This document shows, one piece after another, positions 1 through 8,921 of a stretch of 64,000 nucleotides of DNA. The notes beneath the pieces are model-generated. The model saw only the letters and a list, made by a program, of their open reading frames with translations. It made no database searches and was not told where the DNA came from. Each line of letters begins with the position of its first letter. Position 1 is the first letter of the stretch. The position numbers and the translations under genes are program-made. The DNA comes from Thermoanaerobaculia bacterium (GTDB lineage Bacteria; Acidobacteriota; Thermoanaerobaculia; Gp7-AA8), in the NCBI GenBank assembly GCA_017883265.1, contig JADGNX010000001.1:67361-131360 (forward strand), read 5' to 3'.

Positions 1-1551
1 TCCGATCTGGTCGATGCCGACATTCTCGGCCTGGTGCGGCTGGAAGTAGAGGATCTGGTAGCCGGAAGCTTTCTTCACGGAAAGCCTGTCGTGGCCGTGA
101 GCAGCGTGACCGGGCAAGGGATCGACGCGCTGCGCCGGGAACTGCTGGCTGTGGTGGGCGAGCTACCCGAGCGTCAGGAAAAAGGCCGCGTCTTCCGTCT
201 GCCGATCGACCGGGTCTTCACGATGAAGGGGTTCGGGTCGGTCGTTACCGGGACGACGTATGCCGGAAACCTCCAGGCCGATGCCGAGGTCGAGATTCTA
301 CCAGCGGGCCTGCGAAGCCGCGCTCGAAATATCCAGGTTCACGGTGAGCCGCGCGAGATGGCCACAGCCGGCGAGAGGACCTCGATCAACCTTGCTGACC
401 TGCAGTTGTCCGACCTGCACCGTGGCGACCAGGTGGCGGAACCTGGGATCTTCGCTCCCTCGCAGGTGGTAACGGCGCGGCTGGATCTGCTCGCCGATTC
501 AAAGCCGCTCAAGGAGCAGACGCGCATACGCTTCCACCACGGGGCTTCCGAGCTCCTCGGCAGCATCCGGATCGTCGACGGCAGCGGAGCGGAGATTCTT
601 CCGGGCCGGTCATCGTACGTCCAGATCCGGCTGGAGAAGCCTGTCGTAGCCGTATGGGGAGACCGCTTCGTGATCCGGCGCTATTCTCCGGCCCTGACGA
701 TCGGCGGCGGCGTGGTCATCGACGCTCACCTTCCCAAACTGAGCCGCGGAACTCGGCAAGAGCTGCTCGACACGCTGGCTGATGGTGACCTTCCCGCGCG
801 CGTCGAGCTGATGGCCAAACTCGCCGGCCTCCGGGGGCTGACGCTGCCGCAGCTCCAGTCGCGAACAGGGCTGCGCATCGGATGGCTGAATGAGGCGCTG
901 CCGAGAAACGCGGTTCCCAGGCTGGCTTCCCTGTCTGACGGCGGCACTCGGAAGTGGCTGCATCTCGACGTCATCGCGGAGGTTCGCCGACGTGCCATCG
1001 ACTTTCTGGAGCGCTACTTCGCCGCACAACGAATGTCGGTGAGCGTTCCGAAGGGTGAGTTTCTGCAGAAGGTCCTGCCGACCGCAGACTCGGCGACCAC
1101 GATCTTCCTTCTCGACGATCTGCGGCGGGAAGGAATCATCCATGTTGCTGGAGACGCCGTCGAAGTCCCGGGGCGATCGAAGACCCTCGGAGGAGCTGAA
1201 GGGGAACTGGCGCGGAGTGTCGAGGCGCGTTTCGCCACGGCTGGCCTGCAGCCGCCCCCTGTCTCCGAGCTCATTCGCACCATCCCTCAGAAGCCGAAAG
1301 TGATGGAAGGGATCGTCTCGTTTCTCGTCAAGCAGGGCGTTCTGGTGCGGATCGCTGAGGGCGTCTACCTGCACCGCGATGTGGTCGCGGAGGCGAAGAC
1401 CAGGATGACGACGCAGCGCGGAAAGACGATCGACGTCGGAGCCTTCAAGGACTTTTTCGGGCTTTCGCGGAAGATCGCTATCCCGCTCCTGGAGCTCTTC
1501 GACCGGGAAGGGGTGACGCGTCGGCAGGGGGACGCGCGCCTGGTGCTCTAG
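1..1551 (+). CDS. selB: Selenocysteine-specific elongation factor SelB, 5'-partial. The reading frame is open from nt 1. The segment is domains II-IV plus the C-terminal winged-helix mRNA-binding domains.
   Basis: Frame 1 is open from position 1 (SDLVDADILGLVRLEVEDL...). The EF-Tu-like beta-barrel region (FRLPIDRVFTMKGFGSVVTGT) and the long C-terminal wing-helix region are typical of SelB. The track ORF 34..1551 is the in-frame continuation. Confidence 0.85.
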   Translation, partial: SDLVDADILGLVRLEVEDLVAGSFLHGKPVVAVSSVTGQGIDALRRELLAVVGELPERQEKGRVFRLPIDRVFTMKGFGSVVTGTTYAGNLQADAEVEILPAGLRSRARNIQVHGEPREMATAGERTSINLADLQLSDLHRGDQVAEPGIFAPSQVVTARLDLLADSKPLKEQTRIRFHHGASELLGSIRIVDGSGAEILPGRSSYVQIRLEKPVVAVWGDRFVIRRYSPALTIGGGVVIDAHLPKLSRGTRQELLDTLADGDLPARVELMAKLAGLRGLTLPQLQSRTGLRIGWLNEALPRNAVPRLASLSDGGTRKWLHLDVIAEVRRRAIDFLERYFAAQRMSVSVPKGEFLQKVLPTADSATTIFLLDDLRREGIIHVAGDAVEVPGRSKTLGGAEGELARSVEARFATAGLQPPPVSELIRTIPQKPKVMEGIVSFLVKQGVLVRIAEGVYLHRDVVAEAKTRMTTQRGKTIDVGAFKDFFGLSRKIAIPLLELFDREGVTRRQGDARLVL

Positions 1552-2410
1552 CTGCAGGATTGACCGTCACGTCGCGATAGCCGCCGGGAACCAGCAGCAG
1601 CGCGGCCGGCACGTCCTTCTGTTCCACGCTGGTGACGGTTCGGGCCATCGACAGGCTGGACGATCCATACGGGAGTTGCGCTCGATCGTCCATCGGATAC
1701 CCGCGCACACCGGCGAGCGGCGCCTCCGCCCACTCTTTCTGGTTTTCGGCTCCTGAGGGACGACGGCTGGCCTGCATCATGGCGAAGAGCTGGGACGGAA
1801 CGTTCGGAATGGTTGCCAGCCATAACTCGCGCCGGTAGGCGCCCCGGCTGAGGATGTATTGCGACGCCTCGACCCCGTTCAACAGCTTTCTGGCGCCGGT
1901 AGCGGCGAGCTTCGAGCCGTCCGATTCATCGGCGCGGGAGCGCGTGTCGATCAACGCTGTGAGACTCTCGACCCGGAAGCTCTTCGAGAGATCATCGACA
2001 TAGGTGACCGATCCATTCGCCAGGTCGAAAAGCCGCCAGCGGTCGAGCTCCTCTGCCGACCGAGCCTTGCCGTTGGCGATGACCACAAAATGCGTAAAGA
2101 CCTTGTTGGAAGGGGCGATCGTCGTTCGCAGATTGATCACGGTCGCTCGCACCTGAGGGACCTTCGATGCGGCTGCAGCGGGGCGCACCGGAGCCTGCGT
2201 TGGGTTGCACGCGGCAGCCAGCAGCGTCAGGACGAGGCATCGGGCAAGGATTCCCCTCCGCTCACTCCTTTGCGTCGTACCAGCTCCTTCCCCAGCAGGT
2301 CTCGACGGCGAGAGGAACGGCCAGTGGATAGATTGTTTCCATCGTGTCCTTGACGATCGCGACGGTCTCTTCGGCAGCATCTTCGGCAACTTCGATGACG
2401 ATCTCATCAT
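1478..2410 (-). CDS. Hypothetical lipoprotein. A lipobox-like LLAAAC sits ~50 codons into the ORF, so the true start is probably near 2257, just after the polA stop.
   Basis: Track ORF 310 aa. The signal-like segment ILARCLVLTLLAAAC-NPTQAP is followed by a hydrophilic domain. There is no ATG/GTG/TTG in frame between the polA stop (2262-2264) and the lipobox. The upstream Met codons lie inside the polA coding region. Confidence 0.45.
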   Translation of the reverse strand: MMRSSSKLPKMLPKRPSRSSRTRWKQSIHWPFLSPSRPAGEGAGTTQRSERRGILARCLVLTLLAAACNPTQAPVRPAAAASKVPQVRATVINLRTTIAPSNKVFTHFVVIANGKARSAEELDRWRLFDLANGSVTYVDDLSKSFRVESLTALIDTRSRADESDGSKLAATGARKLLNGVEASQYILSRGAYRRELWLATIPNVPSQLFAMMQASRRPSGAENQKEWAEAPLAGVRGYPMDDRAQLPYGSSSLSMARTVTSVEQKDVPAALLLVPGGYRDVTVNPAARAPGARPPADASPLPGRRAPGAG

Positions 2411-4898
2411 GAACGGTCAGGAGCATCGCCGCATTCGACGACGAAGCGTCGAGGCGCGCGTCGAGGGCGATCATAGCCAGTTTGAGCAAGTCTGCTGCCG
2501 TCCCCTGAATCGGGGCATTGGTGGCCATCCTCTCGGCATTTCCGCGCACGGTGAACGAGCGGTTGTGAATCTCAGGAATGTAGCGGACCCGCCCGAAGAG
2601 CGTCGTGACCTTCCCGGTCGCCCGTGCCTCAACCAGGGTTCGATCCAGGTACTCCTGAATCCGCGGATACCGTGAGAAATACGATTCGATGAAGTCCTTG
2701 GCCTGAGTGCCGGAGATTCCGAGCTCGTTGGACAGGCGAAAGGCAGACATGCCGTAAAGAACCCCGAAGTTGATCGTCTTCGCGGCCCTTCGCTGTTCAG
2801 CGGATACGGCGCTTTCCTCGACTCCGAACATTTTGGCGGCCGTGGCCCGATGGATGTCAGCTCCGCGCGAAAAGGCATCGATGAGGTCCTGGTCCTGGGT
2901 GACGTGCGCGAGAATGCGGAGCTCCACCTGAGAGTAATCCGCTGCCAGAAGGACGTTTCCGTCATCGGCCACAAAGGCGCGGCGGATCTCACGACCCTGC
3001 TGGGTGCGGATCGGGATGTTCTGCAGGTTCGGATCCGATGACGACAGCCTTCCGGTCGCGGCCACCGCCTGGTTGAAGGAGGTGTGCACCCGGGAGTCGG
3101 GCCCCACGAGCAGCGGAAGGGCGTCGACGTAGGTCCCCTTGAGCTTGTGAAGCTCGCGATGTTGAAGGATCAGCGAAGGAACGGCATAGCCGAGCTCGGC
3201 CAGATCCTTGAGCACCTCCACTCCTGTCGAGGAGCTCTTGGTCTTCTGCGTCTTCTTGAGGACCGGGTATTGGAGCTTCTCGAACAGAATGTGAGCGAGC
3301 TGCGCAGGCGAGTTGATATTGAACTCGGTACCCGCTTCCTTGTAGATGCGCTGTTCGAGATCGGCGATCTGAGCACCCATGGTCTGCGACATGGAACGGA
3401 GCAGATCGGTGTCGATGCGGATGCCGCGCTCTTCCATCTTTGCCAGCACGGGGATGAGCGGCACTTCGATCGTGTCATAGATTCTGGTGAGCGCCGCATC
3501 ACGAGCCAGCTCGGGGGCGAGGGAGGAGTCCAGCCCGAGGGTTGCGTCGGATTGGCTGCCCATGAAATCGACGTAGCCTTCGTTATCGAAGAGCGTCGCC
3601 GCCTTGTCGACTTCCTTTCGGCTCCTCGTGTCTTCCTTCAAGCGGTCGCGGACCAGATTTCCGAAGGCGTGACTGGGAAGCCCTGGGTTGAGGACGTACG
3701 ACATGATCATGGCATCGTCGAACCGGGCCGGAACGGTAAGGGCGCCTGCCCGCAGACGGCGAGACTGAGCTTTGACGTCGTGAGCGACAAACCGTCGGTC
3801 CGAGGTCAGAACAGTGGCCAGAGCATCGCGGAGCGAGGCCTCATTCGCGGCTCCCCGAGTCAGGAAGACGACGACCGCTTCCGATGGCCTGGAAGACAGC
3901 GAGACGGCGATTGGCGCGTCAAATCCATCCGGGGTACGGGGCTCCGCGTGGAGTGCGATTGTCTCTCCCCCCTCGAGCATCGACAGGACCTCAGCGGGGG
4001 TTTGCGCCGTGCGATAACTGCGCTTCTTTGGCGGCTGGTCGGGCAGATACTCCTGCATGAGCGAGGTGAACTCGAGTCGCGAGAAGACATCGTGAAGTCG
4101 GGCCCGGTCAGGCTCCTCGAGCCGCAGAGCGGCGAAATCGACGTCGACGGTCAAATCGCATTTGATTCGCGCCAGCTCGCGCGAGAGCATGGCCTGCTCC
4201 CGGTGCGTCTCGAGTGCCTTACGGTGCGAAGCCTTCGGGACATCATCGAGATGCGCGTAGAGATCATCGAGCGAGCCGAACTGCGAGATCAGCGACTTGG
4301 CGCCCTTCTCTCCGATGCCGGGAACACCCGGGATGTTGTCGATGGCATCGCCCCAGATGGCCATGACGTCGAGAACTTTCTCCGGCGGTAGCCCGAACGC
4401 CGCGGTCACCCCCTCGTGGTCGTAGAGCACCTCGCGCCCTGTGTGGTAGAGGAGGATGCCGTTTCCGACGAGCTGAAAAAAATCCTTGTCCGACGTGGCG
4501 ATCACCACGCGATAGCCCCGGTCGCGTGCCAGGCAGGCCAGCGATCCGATGAGATCGTCCGCTTCGTAGTCCTCGATGCCGATGACTGGAATTCGAAATC
4601 CGTCGAGGACCTCGCGAACGAGCGGTACCTGAACGGACAGATCGTCCGGCATCGGTTTGCGATCCTTCTTATAGTCCTGGAACTGTTCGTGGCGGAACGT
4701 GGACCGGCCGATGTCGAAAGCGACGGCGATGGCATCGGGCTTCTGCTCCTTGAGAAGCTTCCGGAGCATTTGGGTGAATCCGTAGACGGCGTTGGTGGCC
4801 AGACCGGCTGAGTTCGTCAGACCCTTGATCGCGTAATACGACCGATAGATATTGTTCGATCCGTCGATCAGGAAAAGGGTACCGGGGGTCTCGGTCAT
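2262..4898 (-). CDS. polA: DNA polymerase I, with 5'-3' exonuclease, 3'-5' exonuclease and Klenow polymerase domains.
   Basis: 878 aa. The N-terminal 5' nuclease region (LFLIDGSNNIYRSYYA...) and the polymerase motifs (DYSQVELRILAH, TVHDEIVIEV, GRSWYDAKE C-terminus) are present. Confidence 0.95.
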   Translation of the reverse strand: MTETPGTLFLIDGSNNIYRSYYAIKGLTNSAGLATNAVYGFTQMLRKLLKEQKPDAIAVAFDIGRSTFRHEQFQDYKKDRKPMPDDLSVQVPLVREVLDGFRIPVIGIEDYEADDLIGSLACLARDRGYRVVIATSDKDFFQLVGNGILLYHTGREVLYDHEGVTAAFGLPPEKVLDVMAIWGDAIDNIPGVPGIGEKGAKSLISQFGSLDDLYAHLDDVPKASHRKALETHREQAMLSRELARIKCDLTVDVDFAALRLEEPDRARLHDVFSRLEFTSLMQEYLPDQPPKKRSYRTAQTPAEVLSMLEGGETIALHAEPRTPDGFDAPIAVSLSSRPSEAVVVFLTRGAANEASLRDALATVLTSDRRFVAHDVKAQSRRLRAGALTVPARFDDAMIMSYVLNPGLPSHAFGNLVRDRLKEDTRSRKEVDKAATLFDNEGYVDFMGSQSDATLGLDSSLAPELARDAALTRIYDTIEVPLIPVLAKMEERGIRIDTDLLRSMSQTMGAQIADLEQRIYKEAGTEFNINSPAQLAHILFEKLQYPVLKKTQKTKSSSTGVEVLKDLAELGYAVPSLILQHRELHKLKGTYVDALPLLVGPDSRVHTSFNQAVAATGRLSSSDPNLQNIPIRTQQGREIRRAFVADDGNVLLAADYSQVELRILAHVTQDQDLIDAFSRGADIHRATAAKMFGVEESAVSAEQRRAAKTINFGVLYGMSAFRLSNELGISGTQAKDFIESYFSRYPRIQEYLDRTLVEARATGKVTTLFGRVRYIPEIHNRSFTVRGNAERMATNAPIQGTAADLLKLAMIALDARLDASSSNAAMLLTVHDEIVIEVAEDAAEETVAIVKDTMETIYPLAVPLAVETCWGRSWYDAKE

Positions 4899-4929
4899 CG
4901 CGGGCGGGGATTATAAGGCCCCAAAAGCG

Positions 4930-4956
4930 GACTGACCGGCTTGGGGCCGGTCAGTC
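4930..4956 (-). terminator. Hairpin GACTGACCGGC-ttggg-GCCGGTCAGTC. On the minus strand it is followed by GCTTTTGG and then TTATAAT, 11 nt before the polA ATG.
   Basis: 11-bp perfect inverted repeat read directly. On the minus-strand RNA the 3' side is a U-tract (UUUUGG). A consensus -10 (TATAAT) then follows immediately upstream of polA. Confidence 0.35.
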
Positions 4957-5333
4957 TGCTTTGTGGGGCTGGACCGCTGCGGCTATGAGGTAGGGTTTAA
5001 GGAAGCTGTGTGAGTAAATCGTCCAAAATCGGTCCAATAGTTTAGGTAGGACTCGCAGCGGCCACTGTTGCGCGGACAGGTTTGGTTGGATCCGCGTAGA
5101 GATGGTTTCGAATCTGTCGATAACCATTTCATGGTGAGCGCCACTTCTGCACGATGCGAGCCAGGAAGTGAGCCACCATGGTGGGGGGGCGCGATTCCGT
5201 CGGGATGGTTCATTTCCTATTCGTAAAACCTGTGCTGACCGCCATTTACGTGGAAAGCCTGTCATAATGGGCGTTTCCCATGGGCCCGGGGAAAGTTTTG
5301 CCCGGCTCAACTCTTGCCTAGCAAATCTGACCG

Positions 5334-6014
5334 ATGACCAAACGACTGATCCTCCCGCTCCTTCTCCTCTGCTGCTCCCTCGCCTCCGGACCGGCGGTCG
5401 CCGAAGACTGGAGCATCGCAATCGGCTCAGGCCCGTTCCTGTTCGGCAAGTTTGGCGAGAAGACTCAGATCGCGGGGACGCCGGACAGTACATCGAACAT
5501 CAAGACTTCACTCTCGGCAGCGACCCGAGCCGGAGGCTTTGTCGACATCGAGCACGGCTTCAGCGACCGCTTCGCGGTGCGCCTCGAAGGATCGTTCACC
5601 AGATCCCCACTCCTGGTCCGGACCGGGTCGGGACAGAGCGGCGTGGAGCTGGGCACCGGCGACATTTCTGTGACCAGCATCATTCTGCCCCTGGTTTTCC
5701 GGGTCAACCCGCGTGGCGCCATTCGCTTCCACGTCATGGGAGGCCCGGCATTCGCCAGCTACAACCTCCGGCGGACTGCGAGCGCGCAGAACAGCAATTT
5801 TCTCTTCGAGGGAGCGCGGGGGCGCTATGGCATCTCAGGCGGCGCCGGAGTGGCGTGGTGGCTTGGGCCGCACATTGCGGTCGAGGGACAGATCACAGAC
5901 ATCGTCACCTCCTCGCCGATAACCCGTGAGGAATTCACCGTTGCCACGCGCGGGGTCTCGATCCCGAGGCCGCAGAATGTTCACACGACCGTGGCGCTCC
6001 GCTACCGGTTCTGA
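5334..6014 (+). CDS. Outer-membrane beta-barrel protein, OmpW/OmpA-like small porin family.
   Basis: 226 aa. N-terminal signal peptide (MTKRLILPLLLLCCSLASGPAVA). Alternating amphipathic beta-strand pattern. C-terminal aromatic residue (…ALRYRF), typical of OM beta-barrels. Confidence 0.7.
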   Translation: MTKRLILPLLLLCCSLASGPAVAEDWSIAIGSGPFLFGKFGEKTQIAGTPDSTSNIKTSLSAATRAGGFVDIEHGFSDRFAVRLEGSFTRSPLLVRTGSGQSGVELGTGDISVTSIILPLVFRVNPRGAIRFHVMGGPAFASYNLRRTASAQNSNFLFEGARGRYGISGGAGVAWWLGPHIAVEGQITDIVTSSPITREEFTVATRGVSIPRPQNVHTTVALRYRF

Positions 6015-6062
6015 ATAGTCTCTCGCGCCAATCGGCCCGCGGGCTGGCTATACTCATCTCCC

Positions 6063-6650
6063 ATGAAGAGCCGCGAAGAGGCGCTCGAACTGCTGCATCG
6101 TTACACCAGGTCGGATTCGCTGAGAAAGCACGCCCTGGCCGTGGAGCACGCCATGAAGGCCTGCGGGGCGCGTGCCGGAGAAGATCCGGTTCGATGGGGA
6201 ATCTGCGGCCTTCTGCACGACTTCGATTACGAGCAGTTTCCAACCGCAGAGCAGCACCCGATGGTCGGATCAAAAATCCTCGAAGAGGAGGGTTTCGACG
6301 AAGGATTGCGCCGTGCCATTCTGGGCCACGCTACCTACACGGGAGTGCCGCGCGACACCCCGATGGCGAAGGCGCTCTTCGCCTGTGACGAGCTTGCCGG
6401 ATTCATCACCGCGTGCGCTCTGGTACAACCTGGTAAGTCGCTGGCAGAGGTCAAAGTATCGTCCGTCAAGAAGAAGCTGAAGGACAAGGCATTTGCCCGC
6501 AGCGTCAATCGCGACGACATCCATCAGGGCGTCGCTGAGCTGGGAGTCGGCCTGGACGAGCACATCGAGTTCGTTCTCAATGCTCTCAAGGAGATTTCGC
6601 CCGAGCTCGGGCTGGCAGGCGCCGAGACCGGAACAGGCGGAGCTCAGTGA
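6063..6650 (+). CDS. HD-domain (HDIG-type) phosphohydrolase.
   Basis: 195 aa. H..HA…CGLLHDFDYE places the HD motif with flanking His/Asp metal ligands. It overlaps moaD by 4 nt (ATGA). Confidence 0.75.
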   Translation: MKSREEALELLHRYTRSDSLRKHALAVEHAMKACGARAGEDPVRWGICGLLHDFDYEQFPTAEQHPMVGSKILEEEGFDEGLRRAILGHATYTGVPRDTPMAKALFACDELAGFITACALVQPGKSLAEVKVSSVKKKLKDKAFARSVNRDDIHQGVAELGVGLDEHIEFVLNALKEISPELGLAGAETGTGGAQ

Positions 6651-6892
6651 AGATCCGTCTGCTGTCTTTCGCCGTGTTGCGCGAGATCATCGGCTCCTCG
6701 GAGATCGACCTCGAAGTTCCCGCCGGATCGCGAGCACTCGATGTCTGGCAGATGCTGCGCGACCGTCATCCCGAACTGGCCGCGCTCGAACGACCGCCGA
6801 TGACGGCGATCAATGAGGAATACGCCGATCCCGCGGTGGAGCTGGCTGCCGGCGACGAGCTGGCGTTCATTCCGCCCGTGGCCGGTGGCTGA
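6647..6892 (+). CDS. moaD: Molybdopterin synthase sulfur-carrier subunit MoaD (ThiS/MoaD beta-grasp).
   Basis: 81 aa ending in the -AGG diglycine C-terminus. Immediately followed by moaE. Confidence 0.8.
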   Translation: MKIRLLSFAVLREIIGSSEIDLEVPAGSRALDVWQMLRDRHPELAALERPPMTAINEEYADPAVELAAGDELAFIPPVAGG

Positions 6893-6938
6893 AGGCGACG
6901 GCAAATCGATCTTCGAGGAGAAGCAAAGCAACCCGCGC

Positions 6939-7385
6939 ATGGCCGAAAAACCTTTTCTGACCGACGCTCCCATCGACCGTCAGGCACTCATTGCGGAAGT
7001 GATGCGGCTGTCCGATGGCGCCTGCCTTGTGTTCGAGGGAGCGGTTCGCAACCATCATGAGGGACGCGCGGTCGAGTCGATCTACTACGATGCGTACAGG
7101 CCGATGGCGGAGAAAGAGATGGGTCGCATCGTCGCGAAGGTCTCGTCGCATCTGCCTGACGTCGGGATCGCCGTGCGCCATCGCCTCGGCCAGCTCGCCG
7201 TCGGCGACGTCTCGATCATCATTGTTTGCTCATCGCCTCATCGCGGCGAGGCTTTCGAGGCCTGCAGGATGCTGATCGACCGCATCAAGGAGTCGGTTCC
7301 TATCTGGAAGCGGGAACGAGGTGCCGGCGGTGACGAGTGGGTTGGGTGGCAATCTGCCGGCAACGCGGGTAAGGAAGGCGAGTGA
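6939..7385 (+). CDS. moaE: Molybdopterin synthase catalytic subunit MoaE.
   Basis: The track ORF starts at 6813. The ATG at 6939 (MAEKPFLTD…) lies after the moaD stop. MoaE-like core (LVFEGAVRNHHEGRAVESIYYDAYRPMAEKEM…). Confidence 0.8.
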   Translation: MAEKPFLTDAPIDRQALIAEVMRLSDGACLVFEGAVRNHHEGRAVESIYYDAYRPMAEKEMGRIVAKVSSHLPDVGIAVRHRLGQLAVGDVSIIIVCSSPHRGEAFEACRMLIDRIKESVPIWKRERGAGGDEWVGWQSAGNAGKEGE

Positions 7386-7386
7386 G

Positions 7387-8121
7387 GTGGTGACCCGGAC
7401 CGAGGTTCCCGACCACGAGCTTCCACGGGGTGCCGGCGAGGGGAGACCCGACGTCGACGTTGTTCCGGCGTCGAGCGTCCTCCTGCTGCGCGACGGTCCG
7501 CTCGAGGTTCTGATGATGCAGCGACACGCGCAAAGCAGCTTCGTGCCAGCTGTGTGGGTCTTTCCGGGCGGGACTCTGGACGATCACGACAAGCGCGCAG
7601 CCCGTTCGACTGAAAACGTTGCCGTGATGAAGATCTGCGCTCTTCGGGAGTTGTTCGAGGAGACAGGGATCTGGCTCGGCGGGCCGCTCGCTGATCCTGA
7701 GAAATCACGCCAGTCCCTCCTCGCGGGAAGAATGACCATCGAGTCGTTGCTCGAGGAGTCGAGCGTCGATCCCGGACTCCTGACCCTCACCGCACGGTGG
7801 ATCGCGCCTGCCGGGATCCCGAAGCGATTCGACACGTGGTTCTTTCTGGCCGAGGCTGGCCGCGACGTATGCTCGACACCACAGCCGACAGAGGCCACCG
7901 ACCTGGTCTGGATTCGACCGTCAGAGGCGTTGGCCCGGCATGCACAGGGCGACTTTCCTCTGGTCTTCCCGACAATAAGGAACCTCGAGGCCATCGCTCG
8001 GTTCAGCATTGTCGGCGAGTTGATCGAGTCGCGCCGTCATGCCGTCATTCCCGTCACCCGACCGGTCCTCGTCGTCAGCGAGGGGAGGAAGTCGATCGTG
8101 CTCCCGGACGAGCCGTGCTGA
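7387..8121 (+). CDS. NUDIX hydrolase.
   Basis: Nudix box GGTLDDHDKRAARSTENVAVMKICALRELFEETGI, matching GX5EX7REUXEEXGU. A GTG at 7387 directly follows the moaE stop (7383-7385). The track ORF begins at 7321 inside moaE. Confidence 0.75.
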   Translation: MVTRTEVPDHELPRGAGEGRPDVDVVPASSVLLLRDGPLEVLMMQRHAQSSFVPAVWVFPGGTLDDHDKRAARSTENVAVMKICALRELFEETGIWLGGPLADPEKSRQSLLAGRMTIESLLEESSVDPGLLTLTARWIAPAGIPKRFDTWFFLAEAGRDVCSTPQPTEATDLVWIRPSEALARHAQGDFPLVFPTIRNLEAIARFSIVGELIESRRHAVIPVTRPVLVVSEGRKSIVLPDEPC

Positions 8122-8873
8122 TCCGAAGCATTCTTGCGCCGAATCCCGGCCCCTTTACCCTCGACGGAACTCGTACCTATCTGATCGGCGATGAGGCCGT
8201 GATCGATCCCGGACCGGAGATCGCATCGCACATCGACGCGATCGTCGAGGCTGCCCCCCGGCTGCGAACGATCCTCGTGACGCACCGGCATGCCGATCAC
8301 GCTCCGGCCGCGGTTTCCGTCAAGCGCCGGAGCGGAGGTCAGATCTGGGCGCCCCCCGGCGCCCTGCCGGCCAGTGACATCGATCATTTCCTCTCTGATG
8401 GCGAGATCATCCGCCTCCAGTCGGTCGCGCTTGAAACCATCGCTACGCCCGGGCACACGGCCGAGCACGTCTGCTTTCTCGCGGCAGACGGCGACCTCTT
8501 CACCGGCGACACCATCCTCGGATCCGGCACGACGACCATCTTCCCGCCGGACGGGGACATGACCGACTACATGAGCTCTCTGACGAGACTCCGTGCCGCT
8601 TCTCCCCGCCGGATTCTTCCGGGTCACGGGCCGATTCACCAGGACGCCCCGGCGCTGATCGAGCACTACATCGTCCATCGTCTGCGGCGCGAAGAGCAGA
8701 TCGTTGCCGCGCTGCGGACTCCATCGACCGTGCCGATGTTGAGAGCCAGCATCTATCCCGATCTTCTACCCGCGCTCGAGCACGCCGCAGAGATTCAGCT
8801 GACGGCCCATCTGATCAAACTGGCTCGCGACGGGCGCGTGAGCGAAGACGCGGGTGTCTATTCTCTACTCTGA
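8115..8873 (+). CDS. MBL-fold metallo-hydrolase.
   Basis: HRHADH (HxHxDH) motif, plus downstream His (GHTAEH) and Asp ligands. The GTG at 8115 overlaps the NUDIX stop (GTGCTGA). The track ORF starts at 7797 within the NUDIX gene. Confidence 0.75.
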   Translation: MLIRSILAPNPGPFTLDGTRTYLIGDEAVIDPGPEIASHIDAIVEAAPRLRTILVTHRHADHAPAAVSVKRRSGGQIWAPPGALPASDIDHFLSDGEIIRLQSVALETIATPGHTAEHVCFLAADGDLFTGDTILGSGTTTIFPPDGDMTDYMSSLTRLRAASPRRILPGHGPIHQDAPALIEHYIVHRLRREEQIVAALRTPSTVPMLRASIYPDLLPALEHAAEIQLTAHLIKLARDGRVSEDAGVYSLL

Positions 8874-8921
8874 GGATTGCGCTGCCTCCGGAGCGTTTTG
8901 ACCTATAGAATCTCTGTCCTG

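Noticed and set aside
3084-4391. Long ORFs in the track that run antisense to, or out of frame with, clear genes: 3084..4391 (+), 17913..19271 (-), 20112..20897 (+), 34712..36139 (-), 38350..39915 (+), 55516..56574 (-), 59726..60406 (-), 61213..62283 (-), 13060..13602 (+), 5168..5929 (+), 40485..41288 (+ upstream part).
   Set aside because: They overlap strongly supported genes on the opposite strand or in another frame. They have Arg/Pro/Gly-rich low-complexity composition, which is typical of spurious ORFs in high-GC DNA. None shows recognisable motifs. Only the C-terminal 79 codons of 40485..41288 (the Trm112-like gene) were kept.
5085-5115. A tRNA-like T-arm motif (GGTTTCGAATC) in the low-GC spacer upstream of polA.
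   Set aside because: The flanking bases do not form a T-stem (GATGG versus CTGTC). No acceptor, D or anticodon arms can be assembled. This is likely a chance match. No tRNA or rRNA genes were found anywhere in the window.
8877-8921. The TTG at 8877 as the start of the M14 carboxypeptidase, and similarly the track starts at 6813, 7321, 7797, 10617, 15171, 22073+extension, 25509+extension, 31343, 32139, 32618, 33229, 36231, 49259 and 49707.
   Set aside because: Each would place the start inside the upstream gene or upstream of a clear SD and signal-peptide combination. Internal ATG/GTG/TTG codons sit next to the upstream stop with SD motifs, and signal peptides where expected, and give protein lengths typical for the families.
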